Below, one piece after another: positions 31,332 through 39,791 of a stretch of DNA of 64,000 bases. A program made the translations under genes and the position numbers. The notes below the pieces were generated by a model. It was not told the DNA's origin and made no database searches. It worked only from the letters and a program-made list of their open reading frames with translations. Source of the stretch: an uncultured Megamonas sp. Its GTDB lineage: Bacteria; Bacillota; Negativicutes; Selenomonadales; Selenomonadaceae. The DNA is taken from assembly GCF_905197185.1 (NCBI RefSeq), contig NZ_CAJJXW010000001.1; one strand, given 5' to 3'. The first letter of the stretch is position 1. Every line of letters starts with the position of its first letter.

Positions 31332-31952
31332 TCAAATGAAATTACTAGCCATATGGCGGAGATGATATAAATCTGCATATAGATTTTCACCAGGACAAGC
31401 GGTAGCATTAAAATCGCGATGTCCAAATATTGTATTTTCATTTGGACTTAAGCTATACATTTGACATAACAAACCAATCAATTTACTTGCAGAGGCAATT
31501 TGCATATCTGTAGGCATTTCATCGTTAAAATTGCCGGATAAACAAATGCCTATACTAGTATTATTGTGTTGATAAGTATGTGCACCGATATCTTCTAGCG
31601 GTCTACCGGTTTCAATTAAACCACTTTTGCGTATAAACATATGATAACCTATACCAGACCAACCATTTTGCAGGTGAATGCGATGGATATCTGCAGCTGT
31701 GATATCGTCATTTCCGCCAATAGCAGAATGATGAACTATGATTTGTGAAGTTCTAGGTCTAGTAGATAAAGAAGTAAAATTGAAATAATTTTCAACAATT
31801 GGTAAATCAGAAGCATATAATGTATAATCAGCTGCTTTAGCTATATTATTATTAATATTTGCTATAGAATTTAAAAAAGTGGAAATATTTGCTCCTGCAA
31901 GTAATGCTCCACCTAATTTTAATCCTTTAATTATAAAATCACGTCTATTCAT
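31332..31952 (-). CDS. N-acetylmuramoyl-L-alanine amidase (Amidase_2/PGRP fold) with Tat signal peptide
   Basis: Twin-arginine signal MNRRDFIIKG...AGA. Zn-binding IVHHSA, GYHMFI and a C-terminal H..ATACPG typical of Amidase_2. Confidence 0.75.
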   Translation of the reverse strand: MNRRDFIIKGLKLGGALLAGANISTFLNSIANINNNIAKAADYTLYASDLPIVENYFNFTSLSTRPRTSQIIVHHSAIGGNDDITAADIHRIHLQNGWSGIGYHMFIRKSGLIETGRPLEDIGAHTYQHNNTSIGICLSGNFNDEMPTDMQIASASKLIGLLCQMYSLSPNENTIFGHRDFNATACPGENLYADLYHLRHMASNFI

Positions 31953-32180
31953 ATAATTTGTCCTTCCCTAATTAGTGTATCTATAGTATAGCATCTTGAG
32001 TTAACTATAAGTCTAGTATAAAATTTCTCCAATATAATATATTAATTGTATTGAAATGTATTTTCAAGTGTTTTAGAGAATATTTCTCAATTAATTATAA
32101 AAAATAAAACTAAAAAGTACAATATTTACTACACTTTGAAATTTGCAGTTGCTTATGATACAATAAAAATTAGTTTTTAT

Positions 32181-32210
32181 AAAGCCTTGAAATATAAGGC
32201 TTTATTTTAA
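32181..32210 (+). terminator. hairpin/terminator upstream of the rep-like gene
   Basis: aaagcctt-gaaatata-aggcttta then tttt. Confidence 0.5.
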
Positions 32211-32265
32211 ATTCTTGAATATTTTATAGGTTAATTTTTATTAAAATTTTAGGAGGAATTTTTTA

Positions 32266-34272
32266 ATGGCACACCGCAAGACTAAACAACATACTGTAAA
32301 TGTTGTAAAAGCTCAATTTTGTGCACCAGAAAACATATCATATTTGGATTTATTTGAAGGATTTAACGAATTATATACTATAAATATAGCTACTAATATA
32401 GATTTTTTAGCTAATCTATTAGAACTATTTACAAAAGTAGAGATTATTTTTGGTAATCTCGCACTTGTACCATCTACTTTGGAAAATACATTTGCTATGC
32501 AAAGAAATACTTTGCAAGAATTATATAAAACGGAACAATATGCTAATTTTAAAGAAAAATATGATCAAGGTAATTTAAATATATATTTAGCAGATGCTCC
32601 CTTATACCCTGAAAAATTATTTTGCTTGAAAAATACGCAGACAGGAGCAACTAGAGTAATCTTAGGCAGTAACAATTTTGACCAATTACCAGCTAACAGT
32701 GACCGCAATCAAGCTTTAGTTTATTTTGATGATGAAAGTGCTTTCAATTATTATATGAACATATATAATGATTTCAAACAGAATAATAGCGAAATAGTAA
32801 ATGAAAATGCATGGGAAATAACATATGAAGATACTCAAATGCTCGAAATTTTACCTATTTTGCATAAAGCTAAACAAGATAGCGAACATATCTATCCAGC
32901 AGTTAGTAAGACAACTATCGTAAAAACAGCAGAATATATCTCAGATATCGAGCGTTTAGCAAAAGATTTTGTAGATATTCCTAAGGCAGACCGTAAAGGA
33001 CAGGCTAAAATCACAAACGATAAGATAGATACTATTAAACGTAAAACATTAGAAAATATTCAAGTTCGCCGTGCTAAATTTGAAAAATTTATGCCACAAT
33101 TAGTTATTGAACCAGAACGCAATCGTGCTTTTTATAATGAACGTGAATTTAATTTCCGTCCTTATCGCAGTGATGTAAAACGTGATGCTGAAATTTATTT
33201 ACAATATATGGAAGGTTTTAATACAGCAGTACCAGCTAAAAATATTGAACCTTTAAAATTTGAGTATTTTAAATTGATGTCATGGTGCTTTTTATCTCCA
33301 TTTTTAGCACGTGTGCGTACTACAATTAGAGAAGCTACTGTAACTGATGAAGTATTTACATATCCGATAGTAGCTTTATTATGTGGTCAATCAAATGCAG
33401 GAAAAACAATCTATGCTTCTTTATTGATGAAAATGATGACTGATTCTGCTTTATATAAAGCTTTTGGTCAAAATAACTTCACGAAAACACGCATTGATTC
33501 ACTTCTCTGCGATATAAAAGGTTTACCTATATTAATCGATGATATCACTCAAACTCAATTTACTAATAATAGTGGAAATATCATCAAACAAGAAGAACGC
33601 ATCATTCGTGAAACTAAACCAGAAAATTTAAATTATTATTCAGCTATTTTACTTACAGCTAATAAAGATTTAAATAGCTTGAAAAATGAGCTTACTAAAC
33701 GTATGGTCGTTTTCCATGTAAATGCCAGCTGGAACAACGAATTTACACGTCAGCAAAAAAGTCCATGCTCTGAATTAATTCAAAAAATGAGAAACAATTT
33801 TTATAGTGCATATCTGGCAAAAATCATTCCTCATATTAATTTGTATTTAAGCCAAATCAATGATTTAGGCTCTAGTAGCATAGATTTATATAATATAAGC
33901 TCTGAAGTAATAATATCTATCTTTAAAGAATGTGGTTTAGATATTCCAAGCTATATGAGACCTCTTACTATGAAAGATTATTTTGATAGTAAGGCTGTAA
34001 ATGAAATCATGATAAAATTCTTCCAAAGACAATATCGTCTAAATCGTGATTTCTTTGAAGTTAACAAGAAAAATAATCAATTGATCTTTGAAGATAAAAG
34101 TTTATCTTCTGTAGGTAAGATGACTCCTATGCGTATTGCTGAATCACTCCCACCTGAATTGGAAGCAGATGTAGTCGGTGATAAAGTGATTATGCGATTG
34201 GATAGTGCAACTAAATTCTTTAGCACAGAATTCAAAGAACAAGGTCTTTTAAATAAATTATTTGGCAGATAA
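32266..34272 (+). CDS. mobile-element replication-initiator-like protein: degenerate PLD-like N-domain plus SF3-helicase-like P-loop NTPase
   Basis: Walker A VALLCGQSNAGKT, Walker B LPILIDDIT about 45 aa later, and motif C SAILLTANKD about 40 aa after that. The spacing and order fit superfamily-3 helicases. The N-terminal RVILGSNNFD resembles a PLD GSxN motif but lacks the HxK residues. Converges on the integrase gene. Confidence 0.6.
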   Translation: MAHRKTKQHTVNVVKAQFCAPENISYLDLFEGFNELYTINIATNIDFLANLLELFTKVEIIFGNLALVPSTLENTFAMQRNTLQELYKTEQYANFKEKYDQGNLNIYLADAPLYPEKLFCLKNTQTGATRVILGSNNFDQLPANSDRNQALVYFDDESAFNYYMNIYNDFKQNNSEIVNENAWEITYEDTQMLEILPILHKAKQDSEHIYPAVSKTTIVKTAEYISDIERLAKDFVDIPKADRKGQAKITNDKIDTIKRKTLENIQVRRAKFEKFMPQLVIEPERNRAFYNEREFNFRPYRSDVKRDAEIYLQYMEGFNTAVPAKNIEPLKFEYFKLMSWCFLSPFLARVRTTIREATVTDEVFTYPIVALLCGQSNAGKTIYASLLMKMMTDSALYKAFGQNNFTKTRIDSLLCDIKGLPILIDDITQTQFTNNSGNIIKQEERIIRETKPENLNYYSAILLTANKDLNSLKNELTKRMVVFHVNASWNNEFTRQQKSPCSELIQKMRNNFYSAYLAKIIPHINLYLSQINDLGSSSIDLYNISSEVIISIFKECGLDIPSYMRPLTMKDYFDSKAVNEIMIKFFQRQYRLNRDFFEVNKKNNQLIFEDKSLSSVGKMTPMRIAESLPPELEADVVGDKVIMRLDSATKFFSTEFKEQGLLNKLFGR

Positions 34273-34285
34273 ATTAATAATAAAT

Positions 34286-34322
34286 AAAAAAAGCACACAT
34301 TTATTTGTGTGCCTTTTTTTTA
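34286..34322. terminator. bidirectional terminator between the rep-like gene and the integrase gene
   Basis: aaaaaaagcacaca-tttatt-tgtgtgc-ttttttt. Confidence 0.8.
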
Positions 34323-35341
34323 TCTTCATTTACATTTTCATTTAAATTAATGCCAGTAGTATAACGTTTATCCATTTTATTGTAGATGTGAGCATATTTA
34401 CTAGTTATATTGACATTACTGTGACGCAAAACTTGTTTTACTATTTGTAAATCTTTTGTATCTTTATAAAGTAGAGTGCCACATGTATGGCGGAGCATAT
34501 GGCAGCTTATATCTTCTTTTTTTAATCCTGCCTTAGTCAGCCATTTATCCACATTATAACGAATACCTCGTCTATCCATTCTTTTTCCTTTTACTTGATT
34601 AGTCAAAGTTGTAAATACTGGCTCTCCAAATTCATCAATAAAGGCAAAATCAAATGGTCGTATTTTTAAATATTCTTGTAATAAAATTAAAACATCATCA
34701 CGAGGATAAATAAAATCATTATGCCCTTTACCATGAATATATATTGTCTTCATCTCCCAATTTATATCATTGATAGACATGCGATGAACTTCCACTGTTC
34801 TCAATCCTTCTAATGCCATAAGCATAATGATGAGTTTATCTCTTAAATATTCAATATGTTTTTCATCATAATTAGGTATAATATTTAATAAATTTCGTAG
34901 TTGTTCTAATGTAAGAAATTTCATAGGAGAGATTTCACTTGCTTCATGTATTTTTACACCTACATCTTTAGCAGGGCTATTTTCTATTAATTTTAATTTT
35001 ACAGCAATATTATAGAATTGTTTTATCGCATTTAGCTTTACCTTAATACTACCTTTTTTCATATTTATTTTTATTAAAAAATCTCGATAGTACATAAATT
35101 GATATTCTGTTATCTTTAATGGATGCACTTTATTTGTTAAACACCATTTTATATAACTATCAATAGCAGAACAATAACTTCTTAAAGTGTCTTCTGATGG
35201 TTCACCTTGAGAAAGATATCGTTTCAATAAACTTTTATAATTCAATAATAAAGTATTTTCATTTATCTCTTCTTGTCGTAAATAATCTTTTACTAAAAAA
35301 TCATTATCATCTATTTTTATTAAATTTGCCAAAAATCTCAC
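34301..35341 (-). CDS. tyrosine-type site-specific recombinase/integrase
   Basis: C-terminal HMLRHTCGT ... LRHSNVNITSKYAHI (R-H-R-Y catalytic tetrad context). N-terminal SAM-like core-binding domain. Confidence 0.88.
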   Translation of the reverse strand: MRFLANLIKIDDNDFLVKDYLRQEEINENTLLLNYKSLLKRYLSQGEPSEDTLRSYCSAIDSYIKWCLTNKVHPLKITEYQFMYYRDFLIKINMKKGSIKVKLNAIKQFYNIAVKLKLIENSPAKDVGVKIHEASEISPMKFLTLEQLRNLLNIIPNYDEKHIEYLRDKLIIMLMALEGLRTVEVHRMSINDINWEMKTIYIHGKGHNDFIYPRDDVLILLQEYLKIRPFDFAFIDEFGEPVFTTLTNQVKGKRMDRRGIRYNVDKWLTKAGLKKEDISCHMLRHTCGTLLYKDTKDLQIVKQVLRHSNVNITSKYAHIYNKMDKRYTTGINLNENVNEDKKKAHK

Positions 35342-35987
35342 TCCTATTTCAAAATAAAATAAAATTATCTATTATATATCAATTTACCTATTTAGCATAA
35401 ATAATAATAAATATTGATTTAAAATTATTTTTATTACATGTAAATTATTATTTTTATATAGTTATCTATTTTATATTAATAATTTATTGATTTTGAGTAT
35501 TTATAAAAATTATTTGTTATAATTATAGCTGTTTTAAGCGTTTTATTTTTCATTTTAATATAAATATATGCAAAAGAAAATAAAACCTCTTAAAATCGAT
35601 TTTAAATAAAAATTTTATATATGATGAATTTATTTTTTCAAAAATAAGCTTTTCTTTGAATTTAACTTCCTATTTTTTATGAAATAGGAAGTTGATTTAA
35701 TTATATCATCAATTTATATGATTAGTAAATAATAACAAATAAAATCTGTTAATAATATATTTAATTTTCTGTATATTTTACTTTTAATTTATTAATAATT
35801 ATTATTTAATTAATATGTTTATCTAAAACATAAAAATTATGTTTAAATAATAGTTATTAGAATTTAATTATTATCGATTTTAAACATATAATAATTTTAT
35901 GTATTATATAGAATATATCTATATAAAAACAGAGGTAATATTTTATATAATAAACAAATATGATAAAATATTTACGAGGTGATTATT

Positions 35988-36254
35988 ATGGCAAAACGCC
36001 CTAAAATAAAAATAACATTAATCGATAGAAAAGGACCTTGCGGTTGTCATCGCGGTCATAAAATAGGTGATAGCTTTGATTTTGATACACAACGTGGTAA
36101 ATTATGCCCTATGGCGATGCATGTAGCATTTCCTTATATTGATATCTTAAGATATGGTGGTTCTATACCTAATCAACCAGAAGGCACAGCTGTATTTTGT
36201 TGCCCAGACGTAGACACCATAAACGTTTTTAGAATAGAAAAGGAAGATATTTAA
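35988..36254 (+). CDS. TIGR04076-like Cys-rich small protein
   Basis: About 88 aa with CGCHRGHKIGD ... CPMAMH ... ILRYGG ... CCPD motifs. GAGGTG RBS before ATG 35988. Confidence 0.55.
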   Translation: MAKRPKIKITLIDRKGPCGCHRGHKIGDSFDFDTQRGKLCPMAMHVAFPYIDILRYGGSIPNQPEGTAVFCCPDVDTINVFRIEKEDI

Positions 36255-36401
36255 TTTATATATTTTATTTTCATTAAATAAAAATGCTTAATATTACACA
36301 CATTATATAAATTGACTATTTTTTTATTAATGTATTAATATATTTTTTATGGCACTTATATGACACTAAAATGGCACCGCATAACTTATTACTTTGTAGT
36401 A

Positions 36402-36654
36402 ATAAGTTATTTTTTTATAGATTTTTCAATTTCATCAAGAATTTTATTATTAGCACTATCTATAAAAGCTAGAAATCCTGTATTTCTAGCTCTTACCCAT
36501 TCACTAGTAGTTGTAGAGATTTCTTTTTCTTCTTCGTCAAGTCTCTAACTTCTTTTTCAAGCTCATCAAAATTTAAATTTTTATTTGTTTCATCAGCTAA
36601 TAAAGAACGAATTTCTTCTTTTCTTTGTAAAATTTCTTCTAATCGTTTATTCAT
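36402..36654 (-). pseudogene. frameshifted small phage-like ORF (frameshift in an A-rich tract)
   Basis: Minus-strand ORF MNKRLEEILQRKEEIRSLLADETNKNLNFDELEKEVRDLTKKKK. It stops shortly after the aagaagaaaaagaaa tract. A one-base frame change would continue it as ...EISTTTSEWVRARNTGFLAFIDSANNKILDEIEKSIKK, an ORF with no start codon of its own. Confidence 0.45.
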
Positions 36655-36785
36655 TGTATTTTCCTTTCTGAATATCTTAAAAATGGGTACAAAAAAGCAC
36701 CTTCTTAGGTGCTTAACTAATAAATTTATGTTATACTATTTTCGTTACTCAACTCCAATCTGGTAACAGAGAGGAGGTGCATATA

Positions 36786-36875
36786 ATGAACTTCACTGAT
36801 ATTGTTGTGCTTATTATGGTAAATGTAATCTCTTACTTCATTTACAAATGGATAGATAAGCACTTTTTTGAGTAA
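36786..36875 (+). CDS. Fst/Ldr-like type I toxin peptide (29 aa)
   Basis: MNFTDIVVLIMVNVISYFIYKWIDKHFFE is a single TM helix with a charged tail and a YxxYKW aromatic motif. Strong RBS GAGAGGAGGTG. Sits in par-like architecture with direct repeats, a bidirectional terminator and a convergent promoter. Confidence 0.6.
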   Translation: MNFTDIVVLIMVNVISYFIYKWIDKHFFE

Positions 36876-36909
36876 CTATCCTAACGCTCTAGCATTAGTG
36901 CAATAATGT

Positions 36910-36945
36910 AAAAACCCTTAGGAACTACCACTTCCTAAGGGTTTT
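36910..36945. terminator. bidirectional rho-independent terminator shared by the toxin mRNA and the antisense RNA
   Basis: aaaaa-cccttagg-aactaccactt-cctaaggg-tttt. Confidence 0.75.
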
Positions 36946-36973
36946 GTGCATTATAATGAACTTCACTGTTTCT
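36910..36973 (-). ncRNA. candidate antisense antitoxin sRNA (RNA II-like, about 64 nt)
   Basis: Minus-strand sigma-A-like promoter TTGCAA (37002-37007), 16-nt spacer, TATACT (36980-36985). The transcript would contain the complement of the 16-20 nt repeat ataatgaacttcactg (copy 2 at 36953-36968) that overlaps the toxin start codon (copy 1 at 36783-36798). It ends at the shared terminator. Confidence 0.5.
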
Positions 36974-37119
36974 ATAATTAGTATAGCATATCTTGTGATT
37001 TTTGCAATATAAAACACAAAATCCTTTTATAAATACGTCATATACTGTGCTATAAACTTTTCTAAAAATTCACTAGCAGACATCATTGGATTGGAATACG
37101 AACTTAATAAATAATTCAA

Positions 37120-37563
37120 CCTATCATTAAGCACATTTTTTATTTTTCCATTATCCTTTAGACCAAAAGATGTAAAAAGTAGAAGAATTTTTGGACACTG
37201 GGAGCTAGATACCATAGTATCTAGTAGTGGAAAATCTAAGGCTTGTTTAGCAACATTTATAGAAAGTTTATATGGCAATAAAAATAAAAAATAGAACAGT
37301 CCCATCAATGCTAAAAGCAATAAAAAAGTTAGTGAAAGTACTACCAAAAAAGGCATTAAAAACATTTACAACAGATAGAAGAAAAGAATTTGCATGTTAC
37401 AAAGAAGTAGAAAAATTAAATATAAAAGTATATTTTGCAGATACTTATGCAGCATGGCAAAGAGGTAGCAACGAAAATTCAAGATGATTTAATAGAAAAA
37501 TTAATATTATTAAATAGTAGACCAAAAAGAATTGTCGCACTTGGATTGACAATTCATTATTAA
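37120..37563 (+). pseudogene. IS30-family transposase remnant (5'-truncated, multiple frameshifts)
   Basis: Translations in three frames give ...RPKDVKSRRIFGHWELDTIVSSSGKSKACLATFIE... / ...TDRRKEFACYKEVEKLNIKVYFADTYAAWQRGSNEN... / ...LNSRPKRIVALGLTIHY*. These match the IS30 DDE-domain and C-terminal motifs. There is no N-terminal HTH region. Confidence 0.65.
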
Positions 37564-37774
37564 TAAAAAGTATAGCCATCTAACTTAATTATATATTGAC
37601 AAAATAATGATTATCCTTATATAATTGAACTAGAAAAATATAATAGTAACAAACTACATTAATCCCTAAAATACTTGCTTCTACTGATCGTCATTGTAGA
37701 AGCTTTATTTTTTTATAGAGAAAAAAAGATAGACAGAAATATTTCTGCCTATCTTTTTTAATTGGGGGATTTAT

Positions 37775-38389
37775 TTATTCTTTATTGATATATTCAATAA
37801 TGATATCTGCAATATCTTCAAGGGATTTATGGCTTGTATTAACACTTAAATCATAATTTTTAGGATTTCCCCATTCTTTGCCTGTATAATAAGCATAATA
37901 CTCAGCTCTTTTAGCATCTTCTTGATTTAATTCAATAACAGATTTTCCATCATATACTGTTCTCCCGCGTTCTTCACGATATTCATCATTTGCACAAACA
38001 AATACAGAACATACATTTTCATTGCCTTGTAAAACAGCATCTGCACATCTACCAAGAATAATGCAATTACCATCTTTAGCCAAACGACGAATAATTTCAG
38101 ATTCTTGTTCAAACATTTTATGGTTCATTGGTTTAGCACCACTCATACCAAAAATATAGAATGGCATAAATTTCAAAGAAAGTGGTGGCACATTATCTTC
38201 TAATTCTTTTAAGTCTTTTTCACTCATACCACTAATACCTAATTGAGCAGCAGCCATATGCACGATTTGTCTATCATATAACTTATAATTTAATTTTCTA
38301 GCTAAAATATTTGCGAGTTCACGACCGCCACTACCATATTGACGACTAATTGCTATAACATTATTTTTCACAAGAAGACCTTCTTTCAA
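37775..38389 (-). CDS. cytidylate kinase-like family protein (P-loop)
   Basis: IAISRQYGSGGRELA Walker-A-like N-terminus of the CMP-kinase-like family. 13 nt downstream of fucP on the same strand. Confidence 0.65.
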   Translation of the reverse strand: MKEGLLVKNNVIAISRQYGSGGRELANILARKLNYKLYDRQIVHMAAAQLGISGMSEKDLKELEDNVPPLSLKFMPFYIFGMSGAKPMNHKMFEQESEIIRRLAKDGNCIILGRCADAVLQGNENVCSVFVCANDEYREERGRTVYDGKSVIELNQEDAKRAEYYAYYTGKEWGNPKNYDLSVNTSHKSLEDIADIIIEYINKE

Positions 38390-38402
38390 AATTATTTATT
38401 AA

Positions 38403-39746
38403 TTAATCATTTACTTTGCGGAAAGCTAAAGAATATCCTAAAACAACTGCAAAACATACTACAGGTAAATAAAATGCTGTTCTAATAGCTGCTTCGGTTG
38501 CGGAGAAACCACTAACCATGAAGCTTAATGCACTAGAGTCAACTAACCAACCCATGATAGGAGTGATTATTGCACCACCTAAGATAGCCATGATTAAACC
38601 TGCTGCACCAAATTTTACTTCAGCACCGAGACCACGAAGAGCAATACCATAAATTGTTGGGAACATTAAGCTCATGCAACCAGAAATTGCAATTAAGCAA
38701 TATACAGATACAGATGTTGGTAAATAAATTGTACCGAGGCAACATAAAATACCAGCTAAAGCGAAGACTGCCATCATTTTTGCAGGAACAAAATATTTCA
38801 TCAAATATGTGCAAAGCCATCTGCAAGCAATAAATAATACCATTGCATAGATATAGTAATTAACAGCATCGGCTTCAATGATATTTTTTGTAGCCATAAT
38901 ATATTTAATAGTCCATGTCCAAACTGCGATTTGTACACCTACATAGAAGAACTGAGTGATAACACCCCAATAATAACGAGGATTTTGTAATAATTTACCA
39001 AATGCTTGAGGAACAGTCATTGCTACACGACCATCCTTATCATTTAATTTACTTCTAAAGAAAATAACCCAAATAATAAATGCGATTAAGATTAAGCCAA
39101 CATAAGGAACACATACCCAGAAAAGTTCTGTATCTCTGATAGCGGAAAGTTCAGCAGGAGACATAGCTAATCTATCATCTAAATCAGCAGGATTCAAGTT
39201 TGCTAAGATAATATATTTTGCTAAGAATAATCCAGCCATTGAACCTACAGGATTGAATGCTTGAGCAAAATTCAATCTGCGAACGCTTGTTTCTTGAGCA
39301 CCCAAAGATAATACAAATGGATTACATGTTGTTTCTAATACAGATAAACCACCAGCTAAGATAAAAATAGATACTAAGAATAAATTATAACTTTGCAAAA
39401 TAGCAGCTGGAATATAACCAAATGCTCCTATCATATAAAAACCAAGACCAACTAAAACGCCAACACGATAGGAATATTTTTTAATGATAAATGCTGCTGG
39501 CATAGCAAGTACAGCATATGCACCATAAAAAGCTACCTGTACTAAAGAAGAATCAACAGCTTTAATCATAAAGATCTTAGCAAATGAAGGAACCAAGTTA
39601 TCAGTCATATTGTTTAATAAACCCCAAAGAGCAAAACAAGATACTAATAAGAAAAAATATATTCTATATTGAGCAGGAACTACTGGTATACTATTGCTAT
39701 TATTCGCAATATTCTTTTGACTTAATGTATTTGCGTTATTTTCCAT
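38403..39746 (-). CDS. fucP: L-fucose:H+ symporter permease (MFS)
   Basis: 12-TM MFS protein with a FucP-like N-terminus, sitting in the fuc operon. Confidence 0.8.
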   Translation of the reverse strand: MENNANTLSQKNIANNSNSIPVVPAQYRIYFFLLVSCFALWGLLNNMTDNLVPSFAKIFMIKAVDSSLVQVAFYGAYAVLAMPAAFIIKKYSYRVGVLVGLGFYMIGAFGYIPAAILQSYNLFLVSIFILAGGLSVLETTCNPFVLSLGAQETSVRRLNFAQAFNPVGSMAGLFLAKYIILANLNPADLDDRLAMSPAELSAIRDTELFWVCVPYVGLILIAFIIWVIFFRSKLNDKDGRVAMTVPQAFGKLLQNPRYYWGVITQFFYVGVQIAVWTWTIKYIMATKNIIEADAVNYYIYAMVLFIACRWLCTYLMKYFVPAKMMAVFALAGILCCLGTIYLPTSVSVYCLIAISGCMSLMFPTIYGIALRGLGAEVKFGAAGLIMAILGGAIITPIMGWLVDSSALSFMVSGFSATEAAIRTAFYLPVVCFAVVLGYSLAFRKVND

Positions 39747-39791
39747 GATAAAACCTCTCTTAAATATTTATACACGAACAAAATCACATAA

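Noticed and set aside
32640-32720. Active PLD/HKD nuclease site in the 668-aa protein.
   Set aside because: Only the GSxN portion is present. The His and Lys of HxK and the Asp are missing, so the domain is called degenerate or PLD-like rather than a catalytic HKD nuclease.
36360-36548. 62-aa plus-strand ORF.
   Set aside because: It lies antisense to the more coherent minus-strand frameshifted ORF (36402-36654). The translation is hydrophobic low-complexity with no RBS.
37027-37365. 112-aa minus-strand ORF and 71-aa plus-strand ORF (37272-37487).
   Set aside because: Both overlap the frameshifted IS30 transposase remnant. The plus-strand one is a fragment of that pseudogene, and the minus-strand one is an antisense artefact.
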